This document shows, in pieces, positions 27,057 to 37,238 of a stretch of 64,000 nt of DNA. Source of the stretch: Octopus bimaculoides (lineage: Eukaryota); NCBI RefSeq assembly GCF_001194135.2, contig NC_068993.1:55887855-55951854 (forward strand). The letters run 5' to 3'. Positions within the stretch are counted from its first letter, which is position 1. Each line of letters opens with the position of its first letter. Below the pieces are notes generated by a model. The model searched no databases. It was not told the DNA's origin and saw nothing but the letters and a program-made list of their open reading frames with translations. Position numbers and translations under genes: made by a program.

Positions 27057-30000
27057 GAGAGAGATAGAGAAAGAGAGAGAGGGAGAGGGAGAGAGATTAG
27101 AGATTTTGTGAGTGTGTGTGTGTGTAACTAAATTGCGCCCAAGCCACGTAAAAGTGTTCATACCAGTGCCACATTTAAAGCACCTAATACACTCTGTAAA
27201 GTGGTTGGCATTAAGAAGGAAATTCAAGCATAAAAACCATGCCAAAAAAAGATGAATGGAACCCAGCCAACACTCCAGCTGGCCAACTCCCCTCAAACCG
27301 TTCAGCCCATACTAGCATGGAGACCTGATGATGATGATGATGAACTATGCCTGTCCTTACCATGATTTGAGGTAGAATATCTCGGTCCTGGCGGATACTG
27401 CATCTCATGATTACTCGGCATATGATCAGCTGCATAGCCTGTCATTGCTGACCTTCTAGAGACTGCTTTCACCTGTTGATGATAGTTGGTATATTCAGGG
27501 TGCAACGGCCGTGGTTGAGCTGGACGTCGGTCACCAACAACTGGGTTTTCATGAGGTGACTGCAACAAAAACAAAGTCATCGATGTAAAATCTAGTAACA
27601 GCTGTGTTTGGAGGGCAGTAATGGGAAGATCTTGCACTATTTATAAACAGGTCTAATGTTTCACAGTCTTCATCAATTTGCTCAAACTGGTGTGAGCCGG
27701 TTTTGACACATTACTCTTAATAATTGGAGAACCTCCGAGTAACATAGGAAGCCACATTTACTTGAGCTTGCAATCATTTTGATGAATGCATCAAGCAATG
27801 GTAGAATAATTATAAATACCTAAAAGTTAGTGAGACGTGTGAATCAAGTAAAGAAGTCAGAATACATACCGAATAATTGTTGTCATCACTGTCTTTAATT
27901 TCATTTCCATTTTGATCTTCTTCGTCAATCACAGTATTTTGAGAATTCTCTGTGGGGTTGTTCTTCATGAAATCGGACAGCCATGATGGAACAAAAATAT
28001 CTTTTACGGTGTCAGTGAATTTTGTAAACAATGACTACAAAGAGAGAAAAAGGAAACAAATTTTTTCAATCAGTCATATTCTTCTATTACATTATCAGAT
28101 CAATTAGATAAACATGTTGGGATCTTTTTTAAAACGGGGGCCACATTTTTTCATTAACGAAACACTTTGAAACTTGGAACACTGGTAGAATGCGTCATAT
28201 AAAACATCTTTTTCTCTTAGTCTTCTTTAAAAAAAAAGAAATCCATAAGTTATTCCATGTTAAAGTTGTCGTATTTCTGTAATTTCAATGACGTCCATTC
28301 AGCCGATATACATTAAGTGCCGACTACATAAACAAACGATTCTGAAACAATTAACCCTAACCCTAACCCTATGGTTAGGGTTAAAGCAAATTTAAAATGC
28401 AAAAAGCAAATAAAACGAAGGTATGGAGATTAAATACGCTTTACACAGCTTAATCAGCCAAAGGAGTAAATGTAAACAACTGAATACTTGTCAGTGATTG
28501 GTTGAAATTATCGAAATAAGACAATTTTTTTACATGAAATAAATTCGAATACAAAAATATTTTTCTGTTCTATAACACAAAATAGATAAGTATACGAAGT
28601 TTGAAAGTCTTTCGCTACCAAAAACACTACGTAAAACATTAATGAAAAATGTGGCCCCCATTTTAAAATAGATCCACATGTTGCATGAAGTAGATCTACA
28701 TGATGTGTAATAGCTAAGTGACTGGGATGGTTAAAGGCTCATCAATCGTGATGAGAGATTGTATCCACAGTGAAGACATCTGTTGGTAAACTCATCTTTC
28801 CAACTGTAAATGGTACAATAGTGAGGTAGAGAGATCACCATGCTAAGAGAGTTGGTCCAGTCAACTAATGATGTAAGATGCTATCAGAAAATGTTTTGAA
28901 GATGGTTGACAGACCCTCTGAGGTTGTACTTCTATGTCTGACTGCAGAAATGTCAAATGCCCGCCTGGAGGACAGTGAACTCAGCCTTGAGAAAACAAGA
29001 AAATGTGCTGAAACCTCAACAACAACAATATTTAAATGATGAGTGTTTGCTGAGCACTACTACTAATACTACATCAAACTTCAGCTTGTAAGTTCTTCCA
29101 AAACAGTAATGTGGAGAAAGGAAACAAAATTTAGTTGTTTGGCCCAGGCCAACGTTGGTCATGAAGACCGCTCATTTTTTTTTCCAGATGTACAATTTTT
29201 AAAACTAAGACATTATTCAACATGTCATTCATTGACCCTTTAATATTCAAACTGGCCATAACCAGTCAAAATATTCCACATTTCATTTTCAAACTGGCCA
29301 GATCCAGTTTCTCACTACCCTACAATGTCATCCTAAAAAAATTAACAGTTACTGCATCAAAATCTCAACCCACTAGATAATGCGGGATTAATTCAAAACA
29401 GTGTGAATAAACGCATTACATTTGAAAGAGGATTCCGAATGCTAGAGGATTAAACTGATGATATCTGATTTCATCTACCTACCCTATTATGTCATTCTTA
29501 AAATAAACTATGAACTTGTCAAAATACTGAGGTTACATGATAATGCATAATTAAATTCAAAATAATGTTGGTAAATAAGTATTACATTTGGCAGAGTAAT
29601 CTGAACGTTGAAAGGTAGACTGATTTGAGACATTTGGTCAGTATTTTTAGCAGGATGAGTGACCATGTAAAAATTCCCTTACTGATTTGTCATAATGCAG
29701 TTTTTGATCAGAAGTTGAAATTGGTTACATTTTAATGACACAAGATGGCTTAATTAAATGTTAACGGTTTATTTTAGTATCAATTTTTAAGAAGCTGGCA
29801 GTTATAATTTGGAAGTGTTAAATATTTTATTAGTCAAATATTAATATCTGTAGATTACTAGCAAAGTTAAAATACTGTCATTAACAATTTATTCAAAACC
29901 CTCTCAACCCAGTAGAAAATGTGGCACCACATTTAAATTATAAAACAGCAGTTTCAATGAAAAAAATGGCTGAATTTGCAAGACAAGCCAACCCACAACT

Positions 30001-33000
30001 GTATGGTTAAGCATAAAGCAGCAGCAAGTTAAACAGTGCTAAGGTTCCGAGTTGTCATGGAAATGGCTTCCAACCTTTACCAAAGTAACCATCTACGAAA
30101 GATTATCAAAAGACACTAAATATTACAGATCAGATAAAAACCACAGAATGTACATCAGATAAGTGCCATTTTATAGAACAACAGAATACACATCAGATGA
30201 GTGCTATAAGAGAATGCAGGCCAAGTCAGGTACAATGAAATGCAAACCAGGGTGAGTGCCACCTCATCAGGTTAGATGAGGGGGGTATCACCACGATATG
30301 CATGACAGGTTGTTAGCAACAATAATTACATGTGATCAAAAACCAAGAATAAAGAGAGATCGGAATCAATAAGCCGTTTAGGAAGAAGAGAGGCAATGAC
30401 AGCCTACCACACAAACATTTTAACAAAGTGCAGCATATTCTAAAATATCCATACATAGCCATGGGTTAATAAAATTTGACATTATTTTTACATTCATTGC
30501 CATACATTGGCCCCCACATCATTTGACTGTTTATTTCAGTGACATCCACATCAGATGAACATGAAATGATGTCACCTAGATCCAGCAATGCATTAGTCCA
30601 AACTCCTAGATAGAACCTTTGATAACAAAAAAAAAAACACTTAATCTAATGAGAAACTCACTTTGACATGCAGTCTAGTTAAATACTATAAAATTTCAAA
30701 ACAAGCAACTAAAGACAAATAAAGAAAATAACAACAGTATGGCTGAAACTATGATGCTTTGGCGATTAGGTCCATATTATCCCCAGAAAATATAAAGACT
30801 GAATATTCATTCTTGCATAGAATCTATGGTGTTGTTACTCATTTACTGATGCCCTAATGGAGCCTGTGGAGTGAGCAGAATTTAAAGAAATAGAAACTTG
30901 AAGTCTTTCTTACAAAGACAGAGGGACAACTCCTCCCACTTTGGGTAAGCTTGTAGAGCTGTTATGGGGCAATGTAAATTAAATAATGAGATTCAAATAG
31001 CACACCTAGTGCATACAGGTATGTTTAAGTGATTAAGAAGCTCCCTTTGCAATTGTGTGGTCCTGGGTTCAATTCCATTTTGTGGCTCCTTGCATACTAT
31101 CTTCTACCATACTCTCAAATTGACCCAGACCATGTAAATGAAAGTGGGTAGACAGAAATCACATGGAAGTCTATCAGTGCCCAGGTCAACACAACTACTT
31201 AGCCCCATGGTCTCTTTAGAGGAGACTACTCTGTTGCAAGCATTCAGACCAACTCTTTTTGTCTGAGGGATAACCACTAGATAGCGAATCCTGAAAAACA
31301 ATACATGGATATTGCTTCTGTTCCTCTGACAAACCCATATCCCCCTCCCTTTGAAATTATTCCAGATGGGTTGGACCAGAAAAGTTTTTAATTGTTCAGT
31401 GATACAGGTTTTGCTTTGCTAAAACCAAAAAACAATTAAAGACAGTGTCATGAAGGTACAGTTCTTCAAAGACCTTGAGAGCCGTCTCGTTGTCATTGAT
31501 AAATGATCGGCTTTAAACCAATAACACGAATTACACAAGCCACAGGAGATAGTTGAAACTAGGAAAATATTTAACAAAAGAATTTGAAGATGGGCAAGCC
31601 TCAACCTGAACAATTTTTTCAAAAGAACTACTGTTCACTACGTCAAGCTCAAGGTTTGTAATACATGTGGACAAAATACAAGACGAGATGTTAAAAGCGT
31701 GACAAAAAAAAAAACTGCTGCTGAACACGGCAGAACTGACCAAGACCTCAGACATGACGATACATTTAATATATCCCCAATACCACCACCAAAGAACGTT
31801 GGCTGATGTTATTTCTATGTAAATAGTGTAATTTCGTACACACACAACAGTTTCGGCAGTTTGAAATAATATTGAATTCTGTCTTTAAGAGTTAATATTT
31901 TGAGACAAGGTCAAACAGGATGGGAGGTAAATCTTGCAGAAACAAAGAACCGACAGTTTTTTTCCATTTTATTAGAATTTAGTTTTTGTCATACCACTGA
32001 TGACAACGTTTAGTAATTTTTAAAAAAAAACCATATGCAACTGCGTAAGGAAAAGGGTCTTTTTTTTTTTTTTTTTAAAGGAAATTTTTCTTTTAAATTG
32101 CGAATGCGAAGAATCAACCTCATCGATCATGTTCTCCGTGTGATAGTTTAATTATCAACTCTCTTAAAACGACAATCTATTTAAAGTTGCCTTTAAGTCA
32201 ATGTTCCACCACGGCAAAAACACAGACTGATTTAATGACACTAAAAAGAAATAGGCTCAAACCAGATGCTGACCTGTATATATATAACTATTTACAAAAA
32301 CATGATAACAGAACAATTTCTTTAATGAGGTCAACTAATATCAATTTAAAAATCACAGCTTTTTTCATAACAAAAGAAATTAACCAGATGACTTCTAGCT
32401 ACTAACGATGAACTATAATTATAAAACAACACACAAAGACATATCCGTCTCAGGAAAACACTCAAATTCGTAGCAAATAAATAAATAAAATAAAATAAAA
32501 ACCCACGCTAAATAAATGATCATATTTCGTGAGGATTTTGTTTCTAGAAACATGTCTTCTAAAATCTGATACGGTATCAAATTATTTTTCTTGAAGTGTG
32601 TCATAAACCTAGAAACATTTTAACAAGTGGTTGATACTTAGCAATAAATGGTTTTAAACTTTGCTTCAAGGCCACGATATTCTGAGGTAGATGACACTTG
32701 GTGACATCGCCTCCCAATACTGCACAAGTATTTATTTTATCGATCTCGAAGAGTGGCAAAGTTAAACAAGACCAGACACAAACTAATGCTGTAGAGAGAC
32801 GTGACTATCACATGGGATTACTTAAAGCATAGCAGAAAAAGGAAATACTTAAAGTTATAGGTGTGGAACAGAGTTATTCATTTGTCCTCACTTTTCACAT
32901 TTTTATGTTAAACATGAAACTTCAATGTTATGACGTTTACACTATGACTTATTGCTTAAATGAGTCTTAAAGTGGACGTATATTTAATTGAACAGATCTT

Positions 33001-34160
33001 ATTGTACCATGCAGAATCTATCTGTTATGTAATTTATCTTTTTTTTGCCCCCCCCCCCCTCACATTTAATAAAAGAAAGCTTTCGATGACTGAGATCAAG
33101 TGTAGGACTGATATGATTAGGATAACTCAGAAATAATGCAGTCAACTACTATATTGTACATCTTTAAGGAATGCCATATTACCCTATAAGAGACGGTGTG
33201 GGAATTTAATGTTGCTGACCATTCTTTCTTGTTATCGAGAATAATGATTTAAAATGAACTAGCACCAATCGGGAATCGAAACCAGAAAACCAGAACACGG
33301 ATTACCGCCATACAGATTGTGATTAAAAAGCTCGTTACTCTTCCTATGTTTACCGAGAGCAATAATAAAAAAAGTGTTTGAACACTTTTCATGTTCAGTT
33401 CAAATATTTAGAATAAAGAATAAATGGTAAAATTATTCTTAATTTTTTTCTAAAAAAAAAATTAGATACTTGAATGTTCTTTGTGGAAGAGAATGTGTCT
33501 CCCTTGAAAGAAAATACTGATTTTTTAACCTCAACACAGATCTTCCTTACATATAAATGAAAATGTGTGATGTTTATGCCCTTTTTTAAGGTGTATGAGC
33601 AACAAAAGCGAAATGGCTTTAACCGGGGAATCGAAACCGGGTGGTTGGGGCGGGACTGGTCTCGCCGGAAGCTAACATCTTTACATGAGAACCAGCTAAG
33701 TCAAGGATGAATGAAACTATACACAATATATATTTCTATACAAATATATAAATATCCAAACACGTATATTTATATTATATACATATAAACATACGTAATA
33801 TATACAGAAAGATAAAAAGACAGATAGATATAAATATATATACATACATTACATATTTCATAACGCTTTATATTATGTAACAGCGATTTTTTCTTCTTCG
33901 ATAGCGTTACTTTCATGTACTTTATGAATAAATGTAATGTTGGTATGTGTTCATTGTTTCGTTCTTCAAGCAACTAATTTGATATTGAGGGGTTTTATAA
34001 GTGAAAAAAGGGACAAAACGAAGAAGACAGTTGGTTGGGGTAAAACGCGTGGTAAGAACGAAATGACCAAGACTGGACTTACCTTTCGCCTATCATATGG
34101 TTTGGATGACGTATAGGATCGCTTAGATCGAATTTTGCCTCCAATATCTCTGTTGGCCAT
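6289..34160 (-). CDS. NUP153: Nuclear pore complex protein Nup153 (whole spliced gene, 27 coding exons, about 1618 aa)
   Basis: Manual exon chaining with consistent phases gives 4857 nt including the stop. Recognisable Nup153 motifs: GGKIRSKR..KPY, V..W, SFYGGKTQYGGA, TSSTAKRI..LE.M..P..DARKIP, GKMKRE, FKFS.P, LKTGSVMDVL, five W-x-C-x2-C-x3-N-x6-C-x2-C fingers, FKFG/FxFG repeats, basic tail RVVKKAIRRTRK. Confidence 0.96.
6471..6646 (-). CDS. NUP153: NUP153 exon 26 (SSDNTTT...FQFGQ...PNFNFTSGNFTF)
   Basis: 176 nt, phase 0-2; strong polypyrimidine acceptor; donor GTAAGT. Confidence 0.9.
7679..7758 (-). CDS. NUP153: NUP153 exon 25 (TNFTSNRSSEPFSFPNTGGVFQFTGKQ)
   Basis: 80 nt, phase 1-0; donor CAG|GTAAGT. 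Confidence 0.88.
8278..8685 (-). CDS. NUP153: NUP153 exon 24 (DSANKNPF...FQFG...FVFG...)
   Basis: 408 nt, phase 1-1; FxFG repeats; acceptor tctatttccag, donor GTAAGT. Confidence 0.92.
9630..9758 (-). CDS. NUP153: NUP153 exon 23 (DGPSGAKRS...FNFSA...FTSFS)
   Basis: 129 nt, phase 1-1; donor GTAAGT. Confidence 0.88.
9905..10150 (+). mobile_element. Possible non-autonomous Helitron-like 5' end
   Basis: tatataaag...gtctgtctgt...ccaatttcattcaaattt layout recalls Helitron left ends; no 3' hairpin/CTAG end found. Confidence 0.35.
10496..10618 (-). CDS. NUP153: NUP153 exon 22 (VASTFIFG...SPLKRERDDEA)
   Basis: 123 nt, phase 1-1; canonical sites; FIFG. Confidence 0.88.
10965..11759 (-). CDS. NUP153: NUP153 exon 21, FKFG-rich region
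   Basis: 795 nt, phase 1-1; many FKFG/FxFG units; acceptor ttatttcag, donor G|GTATGT. Confidence 0.95.
12090..12570 (+). mobile_element. Mariner transposase relic (C-terminal part plus right end)
   Basis: Frameshifted ILHDDNA, (P)SPDLAPADFHLFPKMK and FQKWQECLDRCIAVQ motifs; ends in a TIR-like sequence plus TA. Confidence 0.85.
12656..13020 (+). mobile_element. SINE family A (ttaggaagggcatccagc core, RTE-like (ATG)n tail)
   Basis: Related copies at about 8100-8235, 27150-27345, 58741-58890, 59595-59778 (+) and 45035-45375, 47290-47390, 49340-49510 (-). Confidence 0.8.
13060..13720 (-). mobile_element. Decayed CR1/L2-type LINE fragment
   Basis: Minus strand encodes ILYKAEVNPTVEFSSQHLG, similar to the LYKA.VRP..EY.S..W post-RT motif. 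Confidence 0.5.
14813..15019 (-). CDS. NUP153: NUP153 exon 20, divergent zinc finger 5 (WKCDTCLVSNPLHCRKCIAC)
   Basis: RanBP2 finger pattern intact but lacks the LMAKF linker; acceptor ttttactggcag, donor G|GTAAGA; 207 nt, phase 1-1. Confidence 0.8.
15683..15820 (-). CDS. NUP153: NUP153 exon 19, zinc finger 4 (VDPLMAKFLKSDTWECSVCMLQNKESDSVCVAC)
   Basis: RanBP2 finger pattern; 138 nt, phase 1-1; donor GTTCGT. Confidence 0.9.
16075..16275 (-). CDS. NUP153: NUP153 exon 18, zinc finger 3 (DSLMAKFMPSSGSWECDTCMIQNKAEATKCVAC)
   Basis: RanBP2 finger pattern; 201 nt, phase 1-1; 118-nt intron from exon 17. Confidence 0.93.
16394..16555 (-). CDS. NUP153: NUP153 exon 17, zinc finger 2 (DSLMAKFISSPDSWDCEICMLLNKPEATKCVAC)
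   Basis: RanBP2 finger pattern; 162 nt, phase 1-1. Confidence 0.93.
17090..17330 (-). mobile_element. RTE-clade LINE 3' fragment
   Basis: VEGTCGRSRPRKMWDKVVRKDFRVLGLTEEMTRD is the typical RTE ORF C-terminus (GRGRPRKTW). Confidence 0.85.
17769..17918 (-). CDS. NUP153: NUP153 exon 16, RanBP2-type zinc finger 1 (VDPLMAKFLTVDSWDCDACMVPNKTESKKCVSC)
   Basis: Exact W-x-C-x2-C-x3-N-x6-C-x2-C pattern; 150 nt, phase 1-1. Confidence 0.93.
18621..18764 (-). CDS. NUP153: NUP153 exon 15 (AFTLKTSGSK...LKTGSVMDVLGGQKK)
   Basis: LKEGSVLDIL-like motif; 144 nt, phase 1-1; acceptor ttaacatag is weak but the only in-phase one found. Confidence 0.85.
18914..19034 (-). CDS. NUP153: NUP153 exon 14 (DFKFSSPDKV...DEKP)
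   Basis: Acceptor tttatttcag, donor G|GTGAGC; 121 nt, phase 0-1. Confidence 0.9.
19651..19986 (-). CDS. NUP153: NUP153 exon 13 (EPVQLKTDFVLP...FKFSTPI...)
   Basis: 336 nt, phase 0-0; donor GTAAGT; PKFSF and FKFS.PI motifs. Confidence 0.9.
20110..20409. mobile_element. MITE, GG...CC termini, 8-bp TSD (Merlin-like), central telomeric palindrome
   Basis: 41-bp TIRs with 4 mismatches; TSD AATATAAT at 20102-20109 and 20410-20417; TTAGGG tract facing a CCCTAA tract. Confidence 0.85.
20615..20846 (-). CDS. NUP153: NUP153 exon 12 (EKTTTTV...GKMKREK...DETE)
   Basis: Acceptor ttaccttgcag (phase 2), donor GAG|GTAACA; GKMKRE motif; an alternative upstream acceptor exists at 20871. Confidence 0.85.
21586..21662 (-). 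CDS. NUP153: NUP153 exon 11 (VSSYTGKDTSKELARVFATTPQTASV)
   Basis: Acceptor tttttcag, donor GTAAGT; 77 nt, phase 0-2; the exon itself begins with GTAAGC. Confidence 0.75.
22647..22790 (-). CDS. NUP153: NUP153 exon 10 (LPPRGPPTVMLNSP...HINK)
   Basis: Acceptor ttttttccag, donor GTTAGA (weaker); 144 nt, phase 0-0. Confidence 0.8.
23380..23448 (-). CDS. NUP153: NUP153 exon 9 (PSNFKRRNRPSVAVSTFSNDSEK)
   Basis: Acceptor tatttggcag, donor AAG|GTAAGC; 69 nt, phase 0-0. Confidence 0.8.
24060..24119 (-). CDS. NUP153: NUP153 exon 8 (DARKIPMNNHNLADTVLQFS)
   Basis: DAKRIP-like motif; acceptor ttacttttcag, donor GTAAGT; 60 nt, phase 0-0. Confidence 0.92.
24613..24738 (-). CDS. NUP153: NUP153 exon 7 (AATPYRRQVNAK...TSSTAKRISDILEMMATPIS)
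   Basis: Conserved VTSSTARRILQSLEKMSSP-like motif; 126 nt, phase 0-0; donor GTGAGT. Confidence 0.95.
25159..25275 (-). CDS. NUP153: NUP153 exon 6 (KDSLLSDSQHESSFYGGKTQYGGASSRRK...)
   Basis: Conserved SPFYPGKTTYGGA-like motif; canonical sites; 117 nt, phase 0-0. Confidence 0.95.
25399..25514 (-). CDS. NUP153: NUP153 exon 5 (DCESSKVW...KPRFEPSLLVSPFL)
   Basis: Acceptor tttctctacag, donor GTAAGT; 116 nt, phase 1-0; KPxF motif. Confidence 0.88.
25797..25868 (-). CDS. NUP153: Candidate optional 72-nt NUP153 exon (LLKNINSSYDLSIRMELGCKSGRR)
   Basis: Open phase 1-1 frame between aatag and GTATGT; acceptor is weak and the exon is not needed for the frame. Confidence 0.3.
26564..26791 (-). CDS. NUP153: NUP153 exon 4 (DGSLPHAGQ...SVDPEDS)
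   Basis: Acceptor ttttgtttcag, donor T|GTAAGT; 228 nt, phase 1-1. Confidence 0.85.
27361..27559 (-). CDS. NUP153: NUP153 exon 3 (SPHENPVVGDRRP...STSNH)
   Basis: Acceptor ttttgttgcag, donor G|GTAAGG; 199 nt, phase 0-1; open frame. Confidence 0.85.
27870..28034 (-). CDS. NUP153: NUP153 exon 2 (SLFTKFTDTVKDIFVPSWLSDF...)
   Basis: Acceptor tctctttgtag, donor GTATGT; 165 nt, phase 0-0; similar to vertebrate ILSRVTESVKNIVPGWL. Confidence 0.92.
28120..28675. mobile_element. MITE family GGATCTTTTT, copy 1 (Merlin-like), central telomeric palindrome
   Basis: About 37-bp TIRs; TSD ACATGTTG at 28112-28119 and 28676-28683; (TAACCC)3 followed by GGTTAGGGTTA. Confidence 0.9.
33614..33696 (-). pseudogene. 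tRNA-Glu-like degenerate sequence (pseudo-tRNA or SINE head) in NUP153 intron 1
   Basis: GTTAGCTTCCGGCG..CGCC..CCCGGTTTCGATTCCCCGG resembles tRNA-Glu; the acceptor stem does not pair and the anticodon loop is 10 nt. Confidence 0.35.
34083..34160 (-). CDS. NUP153: NUP153 coding exon 1 (MANRDIGGKIRSKRSYTSSKPYDRRK)
   Basis: ATG at 34160; donor AAG|GTAAGT; 78 nt, ends phase 0; matches the Nup153 N-terminal GGKIR..R...KPY motif. Confidence 0.92.
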
Positions 34161-34254
34161 TTAAAAACAATCATTAACTATTACTAATCAGAAAAAACTA
34201 AGGTAAATAGGACATAAAAGCTTGCAGGAATGGAACAGTGTCACTCCACGCTTT

Positions 34255-34330
34255 CAACTCACTAAATATGGCGGTAATACAAACTAAATTCCCATTGGTC
34301 AATTTGCTAATCATGTGACACATTCCAGCT
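34255..34330 (-). promoter_or_regulatory. Putative NUP153 proximal promoter elements
   Basis: 100-160 bp upstream of the ATG: YY1-like ATGGCGG (34268-34274), CCAAT on the minus strand (34294-34298), E-box-like TCATGTGAC (34311-34319). Motif matches only. Confidence 0.4.
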
Positions 34331-35055
34331 CGCGGTCATCTCCCCTTTCAAAAGATGAAAGTCAAGGCTGTCTCAGCTGTCGTTTCTTCATTTCTTCTCT
34401 GATTTCCCTCCAGTTTTCTTTTTTTTAATTTTCTGTCTCTTTCTCCATCATGCATTAGAAATTAATACATTTATTTGGTAAACTTTCTTAAGTTCCTATG
34501 CCGTTGTTAGAAGAGTTCCCCCACATTTCGAACAAATGTACATGTTATACTTTATCTCAAGTTAATTATTTATTCCTATGAAGAAAAACCAATTCCATAT
34601 GTAATTTTGATGTATCTCAGGACAGCGACCTGAACTAGCGAAGAAATGACTGTTGTCTAACCATGGGCTTAATTTCACAGCGAGATTGAATGTATCTCTA
34701 TTAAACCTACGACTATGCTCTTTTATGTATATATTTTAATTCATAACCCACGCTGTTTAAGTATAATAATAATATATGTATGCGTACATATTTCCAGAGA
34801 AGACCATTTGCCGTATCTTAACTATTGACATAAGCTTTTGTTTTTTTCTTTCAATACAATGGTCTATGTTTAATTACATTTTTGGTAAGTTTTATATATA
34901 TATATTTAAAAAAACCCATTCAATTAACGAAAATCCGTTTGCTATAAATACTTAGGTATGCTTTTCATCAAATAGCATTTCAACAAAAGGTCTGTCAACC
35001 CATCTCACCTCTCCACGTACAAGCGTGTGTATGTACAAATATATGTGTGTGCGCG

Positions 35056-35102
<47 letters not shown>

Positions 35103-35216
35103 TAATGAGCAAAATTTATAAAAGTGACGTAAAGAGCCGAAAGTTTCATGCATGGCATTTATCAAGTTTGGTAAGTGTCGTACACGAAACTCGTTTTTTA
35201 AAGTCATTTTTAGTCG

Positions 35217-35249
<33 letters not shown>

Positions 35250-35599
35250 TAGGTGATCTTTGGCTTTAGGCACCATATACTCGTGTAATGAGTTCTCTTT
35301 CTCCTTTTCTACTAAATATACATATATGTATGTGTGTAAGGATATAATCATATACGGATGTTTGAGTAAATAGAACTTCACTACCTACGCATATTTCTTT
35401 TAGACAAAGGGAATTTGAAGGTTCACTGCTTCACAAGAATCTGAGTCTGAGATGAAATTCCTGGTCTCTATAAGACATCGAACATTCCAGTTCATCATCA
35501 CACCACTACCATCATCATCATAATAATTTAACGTCTATTTTTCAAACTGGCATGGGTTTGCGAGGTACTAGTGAGCTAAAGGCTGTGTCGTTCGCTTTT

Positions 35600-36700
35600 T
35601 CAACTTTAGCAGTGTGTAGCGGGTGCTTTTTTATGTGTCACGGGTTTGCGGTTCGCAAGTAATTTGCAAGACAAGAAAGAACAAGAGAAGGCCAAACTGC
35701 CTATTGGATCGGTGGATTTGGTCTCCGTTCTGCAGTGAACATAGCTCTGCCGGCATACCTTTCCTCGGTCTCCTCCAGCCGCAGTCTCTTTTGCGAGATA
35801 CTCCATGGGATGGCTGAACCAGATGTGGCCCAGGAACTAGAGTCAGCCCTAGCTAATTGGATTGCTGATGGGCTTGCTTTCCCCCAGAATACGGATGTCT
35901 ACTGCAAGTGGGACGACATCAGATGTAAGTCCATCTTCGAGCGGCTAGAGATCACAAGACCACCACCGCCTCGCAGCCAAATAGCGACGTATGACTCAAT
36001 TCGGTGCCTTCTTCATCTACTGGCACCCTTCTAGATGATGAGTGCATCCGTATCAGAGTGGCCCAATGCCTCGGACCTGGTGTGTGTAAGCATCACACAC
36101 GTCGCAGCGGAGCGATAGTAGACGAATTCGGCCTGCAGCCATTATCCTGCAGTCTTAGCGCAGGCCGATTCTCCCGACACACCGCCCTGAATGACATAAT
36201 GAGACTTGACGCGGTCAGCTTTCCGTCCGAACTTGAGCCAGCAGGACTCGACCACGGGAATGGTAAGCGCCTCGACGGAATACCCCTCTTCTCATTCAAG
36301 AGAGGCAGATATCTAGTCTGCGATGCGACGTGCAGCGACACTCTCCAGCTCCAACCCGGCTGCGAACTCGGGTGACGCTGCCCGTAATGCGGAGGATAGA
36401 ATAATCAATTAATACTGGAGCTTGGTTAGCTGCTATCAGTTTGTGCCTGTTGCCGTCGAGATGTCAGGTTCCTCGGGACCTCGAACTACCGATTCCCTTC
36501 GCAAAATAAGGATAACAGCGGTCCGTTGGAGAAAGTGTAATGACTACTTCAGCGAGTGACGCTAGCCATTCTCCACGGTCATGAGGGTGAGCACACCATT
36601 TCTGAGGGATGTGGCCCATCGCGCCCTTCCCCTCCATCTGCTGATAACCTCCTACCTTTCTTCTTTTCTTTTCTCTTGTTTCGTTATATTTAAATGTTAT
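35600..36700 (+). mobile_element. 5'-truncated CRE-like non-LTR retrotransposon with restriction-like endonuclease domain
   Basis: GC-rich; frameshifted IALPAYLSS, KWDDI, GTLLD..IRIRVAQ.LG..VC, D.FG.QPLSC..SAGRFSRH.ALND, LEPAGL..G.GKR.DG and CDATCSDT motifs; ends in (AT)n. Confidence 0.75.
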
Positions 36701-37238
36701 AAATATATATATATATGTATGTATGTATGTGTGTGTCTCCCAACATGGCTTGACAAACCGATGGTGGTGTGTTTACGTCCCGTAACATAGCGGTTCGGCA
36801 AAAGAGACCGATAGAATAAGTACTAGGCTTCTAAAGAATAAGTCCTGGGGGGTCGATTTGCTCGACTAAAGGCGGTACACGTATATATGTCGCTGTGGCT
36901 GCTAGTCTGTGTGGTGATTACTCGCCATTCCAGTGTATTAAGCTACAGACCAAGCTATTTAAAATATTCTTTAAGAGGCGATATGTGTCGATGTTGAGTT
37001 GATTCAACAGAGATCAGTTGATGGAACCTGACTGTTGTGAGATTAAGGGTAATAAGTAGGTTATCTCCCCTCCACCATTTAAAACTCTGAACAACTTTCG
37101 CTGGTCGGCATGTTTTTCCTTGTGAATTTTATGTGAGCTGAGTTAAGAATGACTAATTAATATTAATGGTAAATCCAAGACGTGCAGCTACTTATCTATA
37201 CAGCGAGGTCACAGCTCCGGTACTACAGTCTGGGCGAG

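Noticed and set aside
31580-31770. Plus-strand frame with KVCNTCGQ in NUP153 intron 1
   Set aside because: Short, no start or splice support, and only a weak resemblance to Cys-rich transposase tails.
33614-33696. Functional tRNA gene
   Set aside because: The acceptor stem does not pair, the A-box is poor and the anticodon loop is oversized.
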